This document shows positions 1 to 8,749 of a stretch of DNA of 64,000 nucleotides, piece by piece. The notes under the pieces are model-generated. The model saw nothing but the letters and a program-made list of their open reading frames with translations. It searched no databases and was not told the origin of the DNA. The position numbers and the translations under genes are program-made. This DNA comes from Candidatus Binataceae bacterium (GTDB taxonomy: Bacteria > Desulfobacterota > Binatia > Binatales > Binataceae), in NCBI GenBank assembly GCA_963722605.1, contig CAVRNO010000004.1, positions 538,335-602,334 of the forward strand, written 5' to 3'. The stretch's first letter is position 1. Each line of letters opens with the position of its first letter.

Positions 1-341
1 AAAAGCGGGTAGTAGAAAATGTCGAGCGGGAAGACCTCGGCTTTGTCGACGAAGTTTCCGACCTGCCAGCAGAGTGATCCTTTGGGTGAGAGGACGCGGA
101 CGAGTTCATCGACGATGGGGTTCAGCGCGGTCAGGTACGCGTCGAGATTGGTGGCCTTTTCGTACGCCTTTCCTAGATTGTAAGGAGGAGAGGTGATGAT
201 CAGCTTCGCCAGGCCGTCGGGCAGTTTGCGAAGCGTATCCAGACAGTCTCCGGGTGAAATTACCACCTCGGCGTTCGGGGCGTATGATGAGAAAATATCG
301 TGCCCGAAGAGGGTATCTGTTCGCTCAGTCTGGGATTTCAA
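1..341 (-). CDS. DNA methyltransferase (amino-MTase, N4/N6 class), N-terminal part; the gene runs off the window start
   Basis: Reverse-strand translation reads ...GDCLDTLRKLPDGLAKLIITSPPYNLGKAYE...RVLSPKGSLCWQVGNF, with an SPPY catalytic motif and a flanking pattern typical of DNA amino-methyltransferases. Only a TTG start (at 341) precedes the in-frame TGA. Not in the ORF track because it is truncated by the window edge. Confidence 0.55.
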   Translation of the reverse strand, partial: MKSQTERTDTLFGHDIFSSYAPNAEVVISPGDCLDTLRKLPDGLAKLIITSPPYNLGKAYEKATNLDAYLTALNPIVDELVRVLSPKGSLCWQVGNFVDKAEVFPLDIFYYPL

Positions 342-386
342 TTTTCACCGCCGCGGAATCTCTATATCACAGATTATTTTGTCAAT

Positions 387-623
387 GCGACTATGTTCCG
401 CGCTGCTCTCGCGGTCCGTCTTTTGAATCGCGGGGCGAGCTTGGAAAACGTCGCGGCGATTTCGGGAAATTCCGCGAAGGTCGCCGAAATGCACTATGCA
501 CTGTGGATAAAGTCCCGCCAGGATGAGTTGGACGCGGCGGTACGGGCCACGTTTTATGCATCTGCCGTTTCAATTCAGAAAGAAGATGGCGGATGTCGTG
601 ATCGGAAAGTCCGCGCGCTTTAA
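387..623 (+). pseudogene. 3'-terminal fragment of a tyrosine recombinase (integrase) gene
   Basis: The ORF tail ...NATMFRAALAVRLLNRGASLENVAAISGNSAKVAEMHYALW matches the integrase C-terminal pattern (..HTFA..LL..G..L..I....GH........Y). The upstream part of the ORF is not protein-like and no catalytic R..H..R region is present. Confidence 0.35.
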
Positions 624-817
624 GATTCTCGATGAGCTGGCTCTCAGTGAGATTCTCGCCCATACAATACCTCTCATCCCTCTTCTTTTCATTCTGAAGA
701 TAGTCTCATGTTCGGGTGAATATGCGACTTCCCTCGGACTTTCGGGATCAATAGCATTTCACCAACTCCTGACTGCAACCTTGACGAAGAGCGCTAGTGC
801 CTTACAATCAAGAGGTC

Positions 818-1087
818 ATGAGCTTGGCCACAAGAAGAAAAAGAGGAGGTGGTCGCGTGCCGCAGTATCACTACACGGCCGTTTTTGAGCCCGCCGTAGA
901 GGGCGGCTATATCGTTTCTGTTCCCGCGCTCCCGGGGCTGGTTACCGAGGGCGACACCATCGAAGAAGCCCGTGCGATGGTCAAGGACGCCATCCGGGGT
1001 TACATCGAGAGTCTGGTGAAGCATGGCGAAGAGATCCCGATTGAATCCGGCACCGCCAACGTGGAGCGCGTCGAAATAACTATTTGA
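818..1087 (+). CDS. hicB: HicB-family antitoxin (UPF0150)
   Basis: HYTAVFEPAVEGGYIVSVPALPGLVTEGDTIEEARAMVKDAIRGYIESL matches the HicB fold pattern (Y.a..e...dGgY.a.vPdlPGc.TqGeT.EEA....eAI). Confidence 0.75.
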   Translation: MSLATRRKRGGGRVPQYHYTAVFEPAVEGGYIVSVPALPGLVTEGDTIEEARAMVKDAIRGYIESLVKHGEEIPIESGTANVERVEITI

Positions 1088-1093
1088 GAACTC

Positions 1094-1254
1094 ATGCCGC
1101 ACCTGCCCGCTTGCACGCTCACTGATGTGATTCGAGCGCTGCTCCGGCCGGGTTTTTATTTAGTCGGGATCAGCACGTTGCTCTATTCGCGTGAGGTTGC
1201 GAGTACGAGATTCGCCCAGCTACCAGCGAACCGCGCCGAGTCCTGTATCACTTA
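1094..1254 (+). CDS. Degenerate HicA-like small ORF (53 aa), possibly an inactive toxin remnant
   Basis: MPHLPACTLTDVIRALLRPGFYLVGISTLLYS loosely parallels the HicA pattern (..eliklLe.dGwylvr.kGSHh.y) but lacks the GSHH histidines. It lies directly downstream of hicB. Confidence 0.25.
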
Positions 1255-1948
1255 GCTCAATATTGGCTTTCTTCCAGCGCCCGTCCGTTGGGTCTAGGAA
1301 GGTCACGGCGCGTCCCTCAAACGTCTGGTCATTATTCAGCTTGGTCGACGATACTGGCTCGTAGGTAAAGTTGACTGCCAGCATCTGAAGAGGGGTGCCC
1401 ATAGGCGAAGCCTGATACTCATTCACATATGTGATCGAGCGAAGCTTTCGTTTTGCCAGCTGAAGCTCAAAAGTGAACGCTTGCGAACCCGGCAGCCAAC
1501 CGTAGCTTTGGAGAGGCGCTCTCGTAACGGTGAATGCGGCTGACGATGGCCGGACGAAGTAGTAACTAATTCCATGAGAATCTCGAGCAGTGCAAGGAGA
1601 GACGTTCACGGCGCCCGTTCTTTTGAGGAAACTCAGTTTCACATCGGATGTGAACAATGTGTCCCCATCGACGATCGTGCGGAATGGACCGGCGCCCTTA
1701 CCGAGATCGTCGCTGCAACGCGCTTCGATCAGCTTGACCGCCTCCGGGTCAAGGGCCGCATCCCATTTCAGACCAATAGGGTCTGAGAATGGGGCGCTTT
1801 CGAATACGGCTTGATATGCTTCCGGAGGAACGCGTTTCGAACAGTTTGAGAGGGTCAAAGCGCACGAGAGCGCGAACGCCAACCGAAGAGTCCGTGCTAG
1901 AAGGGCACCCTGATAGAGGCCTAGGCACCTCTTCGCCTCGCGCAGCAT
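1220..1948 (-). CDS. Hypothetical secreted protein / putative lipoprotein
   Basis: N-terminal signal-like segment LRLAFALSCALTLSNCS and a GGAGG RBS 6 nt upstream; no recognisable domain. Confidence 0.5.
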   Translation of the reverse strand: MLREAKRCLGLYQGALLARTLRLAFALSCALTLSNCSKRVPPEAYQAVFESAPFSDPIGLKWDAALDPEAVKLIEARCSDDLGKGAGPFRTIVDGDTLFTSDVKLSFLKRTGAVNVSPCTARDSHGISYYFVRPSSAAFTVTRAPLQSYGWLPGSQAFTFELQLAKRKLRSITYVNEYQASPMGTPLQMLAVNFTYEPVSSTKLNNDQTFEGRAVTFLDPTDGRWKKANIELSDTGLGAVRW

Positions 1949-2045
1949 TTTTTCCCTCCGACCCGACGACCACCACGCAGACGCGACGTCAATAGCTTGA
2001 TTTCGAGTTGACGCTCGTCCTCGTGCTCACAACCCACCATAGACC

Positions 2046-2134
2046 GGAATTTCCATTTTCAATCCTGAATCGGATTAGCACCGACAGCTGGCGCTTTGCA
2101 AACGCGGAGTCCTCGCGCAGTTTGAGTCCCAGGG
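2046..2134 (-). promoter_or_regulatory. Conserved upstream element, copy 1 (shared with 3034-3122)
   Basis: About 90 bp (~70% identical to copy 2 by eye), with conserved blocks GGAATTTCCATTTT(C/G)AATC, TTAGCACC and TTGC(A/G)AACGCG. It lies ~100 nt upstream of the 1220-1948 gene on the minus strand. Confidence 0.45.
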
Positions 2135-2294
2135 ATTTTGAACGGCATCCTCAAGCATGCCGACCTCTCGACCGGCTCGCATCGTTTCTTTCGCCATCCA
2201 ACCAAGCCGGGCCTTGTGGTCGTACCGTTCCATCGCCGAGATCTGAAGCTCGGCCCACCAAGCGGCCGTTCTTACGCAAGCGGCAGCGGGCTTA

Positions 2295-3026
2295 CTACTC
2301 CTTGGCGCCGCCACGTTGAAGCTCGCGCACAACCTCTGCCAGTCCCATCTGCTTGGCCCGCAGTAGCGGCGTCTCATCGGAGTATTTGACGTTCACGTCA
2401 GCGCCGTGCGCGATAAGTTCGTGCACAGTCTCCTCGTTTCCGCTCCAGACTGCTTGTGTCAGAGCTGTCCCACCGTCATTCTCCTTGGCGTTCACGTCAG
2501 CGCCGTGGGCGATAAGCTCGTGCACGATCTCGGGGCTTCTCATCTGGGCGGCATACATCAGCGCTGTCCGGCCCTCATTCTGCTTGGCGTTTACGTCAGC
2601 GCCGTGGGCAATAAGCTCGCTCGCGATTACAGCATTTCCCCCATCGGCGGCATCTATGAGCGCCGTATTGCCGCGCCACGGACCATGGGCGTTTACGTCA
2701 GCCCCGTGGGCGATAATCTCGCCCACAGTCTCCGCGTGGTTCCCCCATATGGCCCTCATTAGAGCCTCCTGTAGTGCTGGCTTATTCTGTTGCATTCCTG
2801 CGGCGAGAAAGAGCTGGACCGCCGTATTGTCTCCCTCTTGAACCTTTTGAAGGAAGGCAGCCTCACTGTATTCGACTCCCATCGCCTCCAGCTTGGCGCG
2901 TGCCTTCTCTTCGTGCGTCTGGCAGGCGGATATGGCCAGGGCCAGCAGGGAAATCAGTGCTGCGAGAATCAGGTTCGACTGTCCCCCGCGCAGCCGGCAG
3001 CGAACGCACTGGTTTGGTTCGCTCAT
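2295..3026 (-). CDS. Ankyrin-repeat lipoprotein
   Basis: Repeated LIAHGADVNAK...TAL ankyrin units, and an N-terminal signal ending in the lipobox LAISAC. Alternative start at 3044 (MEIPPNM). Confidence 0.8.
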   Translation of the reverse strand: MSEPNQCVRCRLRGGQSNLILAALISLLALAISACQTHEEKARAKLEAMGVEYSEAAFLQKVQEGDNTAVQLFLAAGMQQNKPALQEALMRAIWGNHAETVGEIIAHGADVNAHGPWRGNTALIDAADGGNAVIASELIAHGADVNAKQNEGRTALMYAAQMRSPEIVHELIAHGADVNAKENDGGTALTQAVWSGNEETVHELIAHGADVNVKYSDETPLLRAKQMGLAEVVRELQRGGAKE

Positions 3027-3033
3027 ATTAGGT

Positions 3034-3122
3034 GGAATTTCCATTTTGAATCGTGATCTCGCTTAGCACCAACCGTGGGCAGCTCGCAAACGCGAAGTTC
3101 GAACTAGATTTTGAGTGCAAGG
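3034..3122 (-). promoter_or_regulatory. Conserved upstream element, copy 2
   Basis: Same conserved blocks as 2046-2134. Here it abuts or overlaps the start of the ankyrin gene (AAAATGGAAATTCC contains the ATG at 3044). Confidence 0.45.
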
Positions 3123-3343
3123 CGCTTTCCATGGCCCCGCAACGGACCAACGAATTTATACCTTTGCTCTGAAATCCAGCAGTATGTCGGACGTCCGACA
3201 TTCCTCCAAACACCTCCTTTTTGTGGACCGCTGCCGTCCGTCACAGCGCCCTCGGCGACGAGTTATGCACAGCCGTCGGATTTTCGTTTTGTATAATGAA
3301 TCAATCAGTACACTATTCGTGCCGCCGCGCGGACGAGCGTGTA

Positions 3344-3577
3344 ATGCATCTTCATGCGCGACCCCAAACTCCAAAAAATTACCGCATCAGTCACCCTCGA
3401 AGTCGGCAGCTCGAACGGCTCAATGAAGCAGCCGACCGCGCGAGGGTCAGCCGCAGTGTGATTGTTCGAGACGCGATTGAACGCGAACTCAAGCGGTACG
3501 AGAAACCCAACGAGGTCGGCTACCCGCTGCCAAAGGCGAGCGGGACCGTCCTGCCAAAAACCGCAACGCGACCATGA
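3344..3577 (+). CDS. Ribbon-helix-helix (CopG/Arc-like) DNA-binding protein, first gene of the partition operon
   Basis: RLNEAADRARVSRSVIVRDAIEREL is an RHH motif; the stop overlaps the parA start (ATGA). Confidence 0.55.
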   Translation: MHLHARPQTPKNYRISHPRSRQLERLNEAADRARVSRSVIVRDAIERELKRYEKPNEVGYPLPKASGTVLPKTATRP

Positions 3578-4350
3578 CCAAGATTATCGCCATCGCGAAT
3601 CATAAAGGCGGGGTAGGGAAGACCACGTCTTCGCTCAATCTGGCGCACGCCTTGGCGATCGATGGGAAAACGCGCGTGCTCCTCTGTGACCTGGACCCGC
3701 AGGCGAGTCTCACGAAGCTCCTGGGCTTCGATCTTGCAACGCTGCCGCGCACGCTTTACGACCTCCTGCTGCAAACCGAGCCGCCGCTCTTGCCCGAGGA
3801 AATCATACAGCCCACGTCGATGTCCGGCGTGAGCCTCATTCCGGCGAACGGCCAACTGGCGAACGTCGAGACCCAACTCATCACGAGAATCAATCGAGAG
3901 CGATCGCTCGGCCGCGTGCTGCGTCCGCTCAGCGAAGCGTTTGACGTGGTACTCCTCGATTGTCCGCCCGCCTTGAATTTGCTCACCATGAATGCGCTCG
4001 CGGCTGCCGACGAGGTGCTCATTCCGGTTTCGAGCGAATACCTCGCGGTGCAAGCGCTGAGAGACTTCCTCGATACCGTCGAGGAGGTTCGCCGCGAGCT
4101 CAATCCGTCGCTCAAAATCGCCGGCATCGTGGTCACCCAATACCAGGCGAAGACGGAACACAGCAGGGGAACGGTGGAGGCGCTCCGCTCCGCATTCGGT
4201 CCCGCCGTGTTCGATTCCATCGTGCCGTATTCGGTCAGTGCGAAAGACAGCGTAGCGGCGGCGCAATCCATTTTGACTTACGAACCCACCTCGCCGGTCG
4301 CCGAGGCGTATCGGAACCTCGCTCGCGAACTCGTTGCGCCCCATGGCTAA
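3574..4350 (+). CDS. parA: ParA/Soj-family partition ATPase
   Basis: Deviant Walker A IAIANHKGGVGKTTSSLNLA; length and architecture match MinD/ParA. Confidence 0.9.
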   Translation: MTKIIAIANHKGGVGKTTSSLNLAHALAIDGKTRVLLCDLDPQASLTKLLGFDLATLPRTLYDLLLQTEPPLLPEEIIQPTSMSGVSLIPANGQLANVETQLITRINRERSLGRVLRPLSEAFDVVLLDCPPALNLLTMNALAAADEVLIPVSSEYLAVQALRDFLDTVEEVRRELNPSLKIAGIVVTQYQAKTEHSRGTVEALRSAFGPAVFDSIVPYSVSAKDSVAAAQSILTYEPTSPVAEAYRNLARELVAPHG

Positions 4351-5179
4351 AAAACTCAATTTCAAAGAAATCGGATTGCACGCAGTAAGCCCGAGGAGGC
4401 CGTCGGCCACCGCGCATCCCATTTCCCATTTGGCGGCGAATGCGGGCTTTCTCTATGTCCCGCTCGAACTGCTCCGGCCCGATCCCGACCAGCCCCGCAA
4501 ATATTTCGACGATGCGTCGCTCGACGATCTCACCGCATCGATCCGGGAGAAGGGCGTACTCCAGCCGATTTTGATTCGTAAGGAAGCGGCCGGCGAGGGA
4601 TTCGTCATCATCGCGGGTGAACGCCGCTGGCGTGCCGCCAAGGCGGTCGGCCTCAAAGAGCTTCCGGCGCTCATGCGCGATGCTCAGGATGCGCTCGAAG
4701 TCGCGCTCATCGAGAACGTGCAGCGAGAGAACTTGAAACCGCTCGAAGAAGCCGAGGCGCTCATGCGACTCAAGCAAGCACGCGGGTTTACCGATCAGGC
4801 GCTCGCCAAGATCATCGGCAAATCGCGCACGAGCGTGACCGAGCTCCTGACCCTCAATCAGCTGCCGGAGTCGATAAAAAAACAATGTCGAACGTCCGAC
4901 ATCTGGACCCGCAGTCAACTCTTGCAGCTCGTTCGCGCGGGATCACCCAAAGAGATTGAGGGAGTGTGGGCGAGGATTAAGGACGGGTCGGGCGCGACCG
5001 TGAGAGATTTGAGACGAAGCTCCCGGTCTGCCGGAAGGAAGCGTGCGGGTGGGCGATACCGGTTTTTGCACAAGCCCAAGGGCCGAACATTCCAGGTCCT
5101 CGTCACCTTCTCCAAAGCGAAGGCTACGAGATCGGAGGTCGGAGCCGCGCTCAAGGACGCTCTCAAACATTTACCCTAA
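4334..5179 (+). CDS. parB: ParB/Spo0J-family partition protein
   Basis: ParB N-terminal domain with the GERRWRAAKAVGL box; translationally coupled to parA. Confidence 0.85.
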   Translation: MRPMAKKLNFKEIGLHAVSPRRPSATAHPISHLAANAGFLYVPLELLRPDPDQPRKYFDDASLDDLTASIREKGVLQPILIRKEAAGEGFVIIAGERRWRAAKAVGLKELPALMRDAQDALEVALIENVQRENLKPLEEAEALMRLKQARGFTDQALAKIIGKSRTSVTELLTLNQLPESIKKQCRTSDIWTRSQLLQLVRAGSPKEIEGVWARIKDGSGATVRDLRRSSRSAGRKRAGGRYRFLHKPKGRTFQVLVTFSKAKATRSEVGAALKDALKHLP

Positions 5180-5184
5180 ACGCC

Positions 5185-6065
5185 ATGGAGTCACAGCCAA
5201 ACAACGAACAACGCAAGCCCCTCGTCAGTGTCGAATTTCAGACGGAGGTTGATGTCGCGACCGGCGACCGCGAGCGGCGGATGTTCATCAAAATGTACTT
5301 CGAGGCGCGTGACAGCGGGTTGCTCGCGGCGATTCCGGGTGAACTTTGGAAGATGCTATGCTGCCTCGCAACGTATATGAACGAAGACGGCAACTGCTAT
5401 CCGACGCAAGACAGAATCGCGCGCGATTTGGGCATTCGGCGACAGCGGGTAAACGAGCGGATTCAAAACCTCCTGAACTTCCGCTTTAATGGTCAGCCGG
5501 TCTTAAGCCTAAACCGCAAAACTCGAATTCGCGGTCGTTGGAACAACAACGTCTATCGCATCCAACCAATCTCGGCGCTCAAAATCTTCGATAAAACCGA
5601 GGGTTCTACCGTGTCCGCAAATCCGGACATGGCTCAAAAGCGTGCTACCGTGTCCGCTTCTACGGACACCGTGATAACGGACACCGTTGGCACGGACACT
5701 AACCAGATGCAGAGATTAACAAGACGTTTAAACGTTAATGATTTAGAAAAGTCAGCTTTGGAAAAGGGGACGCGAGTCAGGGCATTTCAGATTCCGAATT
5801 GCACGCTGCACGCCAACGCCGCATGTTGATCGCCGATATTCTGGAAGTCTGCGGAGACCAGCACTCGCGCGGTTTCTATACTCGGGTCGTGCAGAAGCTG
5901 CCGGCTGAAGTAATCCGCGCGGCGCTTTCCGAGACCAAGTATCAGGCGCAAACCGGAAAAATTAGAAAATCAAAAGGCGCTTTTTTTACGGACGAATTGA
6001 TGCGCCTCGCCCGGAAACGGGGAATCGATTTGCGAATCCCGGCTCCGCCGCGAGGGGCAGTCTAA
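5185..6065 (+). CDS. Replication-initiator-like winged-HTH protein; two ORFs (5185-5829, 5799-6065) joinable by a 1-nt shift at a G-run
   Basis: HTH segment NCYPTQDRIARDLGIRRQRVNERIQNLL. The downstream frame continues coherently (GDASQGISDSELHAARQRRMLIADILE...KSKGAFFTDELMRLARKRGIDL) if the G4 at 5766-5769 is read as G5. Confidence 0.5.
5606..5699 (+). repeat. Iteron-like short repeats inside the rep-like gene
   Basis: CTACCGTGTCCGC occurs twice (5606, 5645) and ACGGACACCGT three times with 15-bp periodicity (5662, 5677, 5692). The two motifs are near reverse complements of each other (GGACAC / GTGTCC core). Confidence 0.4.
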
Positions 6066-6134
6066 ACACCTGTTGAAACAACCATGAAAGCCATTTCCGT
6101 AATCAAAAGACCTGTGATAACTCCAAGATTGGCG

Positions 6135-6941
6135 ATGAGTAAGGTGAGGAAGGAGGAGGCAAACGGCGACCTCAAACCGCCGTTAAAGTGGGCGGGCGGC
6201 AAGCGGTGGCAGGTTCCACACCTGCGCGCGTTGTGGGCAGATCATAAACACCGTCGCCTCGTAGAGCCGTTTTGCGGAGGACTCGCAGTTACGGTTGGAC
6301 TCTCTCCAGACCGGGCATTTCTCAACGATATTAATCCGCATCTGATAAATTTCTACCGCTCGCTCAAGCGCGGCCTGAGAACTTCGGTCGCGATGATGAA
6401 TGACGAGCTCGCGTACTACGAGCAACGCGCCCGCTTCAACCAACTTCTCGCGGAAGGCAAAGGTGATTGCGAGGAAGCCGCAGCTCTTTTCTATTACCTC
6501 AACCGAACGGGTTACAACGGTCTTTGCAGATTCAATCAGAGCGGCCGTTTCAACGTGCCGTTCGGTCAGTATGCCCAAATCACATATACGCGCGACTTCA
6601 TGCCCTACCGCAGGCTATTCGCCAAATGGGAATTCGTGAGCATGGACTTCGAGACTGTGCCGCTCGAAGACGAAGATTTTGTATACGCTGATCCTCCGTA
6701 CGACGTGGAGTTCACGCAATATTCAAAGCAGGGATTCAGTTGGGAGGAACAGGTACGCGCGGCCGAGTGGCTCGCGAAGCACCCGGGCCCCGTTGTGCTC
6801 TCGAACCAAGCCACGGAACGAATCGTGACCCTGTACCGGAAGCTAAAATTCAAGCTCAAGTTTCTCGATGCTCCTCGCATGATAAGTTGCACCGGCGATC
6901 GCACTCCGGCTCGGGAGGTTCTTGCGATCAGAAATTTCTAA
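6135..6941 (+). CDS. dam: Dam-family DNA adenine methyltransferase (GATC class)
   Basis: Motifs LKWAGGKRW, FCGGLAV and FVYADPPYD. The track ORF starts at 6084; the internal ATG at 6135 is the more likely start. Confidence 0.85.
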   Translation: MSKVRKEEANGDLKPPLKWAGGKRWQVPHLRALWADHKHRRLVEPFCGGLAVTVGLSPDRAFLNDINPHLINFYRSLKRGLRTSVAMMNDELAYYEQRARFNQLLAEGKGDCEEAAALFYYLNRTGYNGLCRFNQSGRFNVPFGQYAQITYTRDFMPYRRLFAKWEFVSMDFETVPLEDEDFVYADPPYDVEFTQYSKQGFSWEEQVRAAEWLAKHPGPVVLSNQATERIVTLYRKLKFKLKFLDAPRMISCTGDRTPAREVLAIRNF

Positions 6942-6944
6942 GTA

Positions 6945-7361
6945 ATGTCCCCTCGAAACACCACAACGGGCGGAGTTCTCGAAGCAATGATTCTGCCCGC
7001 GCTCAAGCAGGGCGGCTACACATTTCTGACGCAACAACATATCGGTGATCGCTTCGGTGGTGGCCGACACTTCGTCGACGTAATCGCAGAAAAGAACGGC
7101 CTGAAATATCTGGTGTCGCTCAAATGGCAACAGGTTTCAGGCACGGCCGAGCAGAAAGTTCCCTTCGAGATAATCTGCCTGGCGGACGCGGTTCGTCAGG
7201 GCACGTATGACAAAGCCTACCTCGTGCTCGGGGGAGAGGGCTGGAAGCTGCGAAGTTTTTTTGTTGGAGGGGGTTTGAAATCGTATCTTGTAGACGCTGA
7301 TACGGTTGACATCTTGACCCTCGAAGGCTTCGTCGGGAGAGCAAATCAGGGCAAGCTGTAA
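6945..7361 (+). CDS. Small PD-(D/E)xK nuclease-like protein (Mrr-cat / restriction-endonuclease-like fold)
   Basis: GGVLEAMILPALKQGGYTFL...GGGRHFVDVIAEKNGLKYLVSLKWQ follows the Mrr_cat pattern (G..FE..v..lL...GY......g.GD.GiDiiae.dg...lVQcK). It starts 4 nt after the dam stop. Confidence 0.5.
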   Translation: MSPRNTTTGGVLEAMILPALKQGGYTFLTQQHIGDRFGGGRHFVDVIAEKNGLKYLVSLKWQQVSGTAEQKVPFEIICLADAVRQGTYDKAYLVLGGEGWKLRSFFVGGGLKSYLVDADTVDILTLEGFVGRANQGKL

Positions 7362-7532
7362 TTTAAACACCCCGCGATCGCCGGGGTCCTACGTTAGAAA
7401 GCGCACTTCTGAAATTCCCCCTATTTATTGGGAAACAGCAAAGCGCTAACATCTTCAAATCGGCGAACTCAACAACTTGTTTTCGCCATTCCAGCATGAT
7501 GTATCGCGACGCGAGAGAGTAGTGGAGCAGTA

Positions 7533-8354
7533 ATGGCAGACGACACCACTCAACGGGCAGCTCACGGGTTCATTTTGGAACATCTCCAGTCTCAAGAGCC
7601 ATTCACAATTGATGAGTTCCGTACGGCAACCGGATGGAAGAAACCTGGAACGCTAAATACGTACCTCCGCAAGCAGTACAAAGGTTTATTCGAAAAGATC
7701 GGCACCGATCAGTACAGGGTATCCGAGGCGTTTCGAAAGCTCGTTAGTTGGCCAAAATTCAAGCAACACGTCACCCAAGTCCGTCGCGTCGTAACTAGCT
7801 ACGACCCGAGCATTTCGGAGGTGATGATTTACGACTTCCTCATGCCTCTCACGAACGAAGCACATCTGCGAACAACTCTCGACGCCTTGTTCTTCAAAGA
7901 TAGCCTTGTAGCGCGACTCAAAACCATCGGAGCGGCCGCGCTGAAAAGCAACCTGAAATTTGTCGATCAGCCCGATGACGCTTATCTGAAAACCGTTCTT
8001 GCATTCATCGAGGACCACTTCGTCGGTTACTCCATTTTTCATGTCGACGGACGATTCCGCGCCGGAAAGCTCAAGACCCAAGACGAAGTCGCCAACATTC
8101 AGAAGCGGGGCGAGAAATATCTGATCGACGAGACGACAGCAGTAGCACGGTTCATCTTTCCATACAAAGATTCCGACGAGCTCGAAAACATACGTTACCT
8201 TTTCCGAATATTGTTTGTGCGGAGCATAATTCAATTGGTGAACGGCGAAGAGCAGATCTGGATGATCGAGACAGGACCGCAGAATCGCGTTCACATCTGG
8301 CAACGGCTGGACGATGACGATGGAGGAGAAGCCGAAGAACAGGAGGAAGCATGA
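7533..8354 (+). CDS. Hypothetical protein (273 aa), possible N-terminal winged helix; first gene of a three-gene operon
   Basis: Long clean ORF with an acidic C-terminal tail; no recognised catalytic motif. Its stop overlaps the next start (ATGA). Confidence 0.5.
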   Translation: MADDTTQRAAHGFILEHLQSQEPFTIDEFRTATGWKKPGTLNTYLRKQYKGLFEKIGTDQYRVSEAFRKLVSWPKFKQHVTQVRRVVTSYDPSISEVMIYDFLMPLTNEAHLRTTLDALFFKDSLVARLKTIGAAALKSNLKFVDQPDDAYLKTVLAFIEDHFVGYSIFHVDGRFRAGKLKTQDEVANIQKRGEKYLIDETTAVARFIFPYKDSDELENIRYLFRILFVRSIIQLVNGEEQIWMIETGPQNRVHIWQRLDDDDGGEAEEQEEA

Positions 8355-8725
8355 CGTGTCGTGACTGGCTCCTAGCAAACCGCTACGAAGACGTAGCTTT
8401 GTTAATCGATAACGCTATCGCCAAAATGGTAGCTCGGGGTAGCAAACAGCGGAGAAACTGGTGGGATATTTTGTCAGGTGCCGTCGATGGAAGGCCCTGC
8501 GTTCGCGAAGGCATCGAGTTTCCGGTGCTGCGTACAGCCCAAATCCGCCAGGGTAAACCAATCACCAAGAACGCGATTGCGAGGAACAATCACGAAAAAC
8601 CTCCAGAAATCGTGACGACCGGCCGCTGGATAAAAAAGAAGCTACCAATCCGCGCTCAACCCTTAGCAAACGATCGATCCAACCCGCAGAAATCGGAACA
8701 ACTGAAACGGAGACGCGTGTCCTAG
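8351..8725 (+). CDS. Hypothetical protein (124 aa)
   Basis: Translationally coupled to the upstream gene; basic C-terminus; no recognised domain. Confidence 0.45.
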   Translation: MTCRDWLLANRYEDVALLIDNAIAKMVARGSKQRRNWWDILSGAVDGRPCVREGIEFPVLRTAQIRQGKPITKNAIARNNHEKPPEIVTTGRWIKKKLPIRAQPLANDRSNPQKSEQLKRRRVS

Positions 8726-8749
8726 CACACTCCTGCGGATCGAAATCCA

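Noticed and set aside
2046-2134. Sigma-54 (-24/-12) promoter inside the conserved upstream element
   Set aside because: Copy 1 on the minus strand reads TGGGACTCAAACTGCG, close to TGGCAC-N5-TTGC. The aligned position in copy 2 is TTGCACTCAAAATCTA and lacks the GG dinucleotide. The match is not conserved between the two copies, so it is not called.
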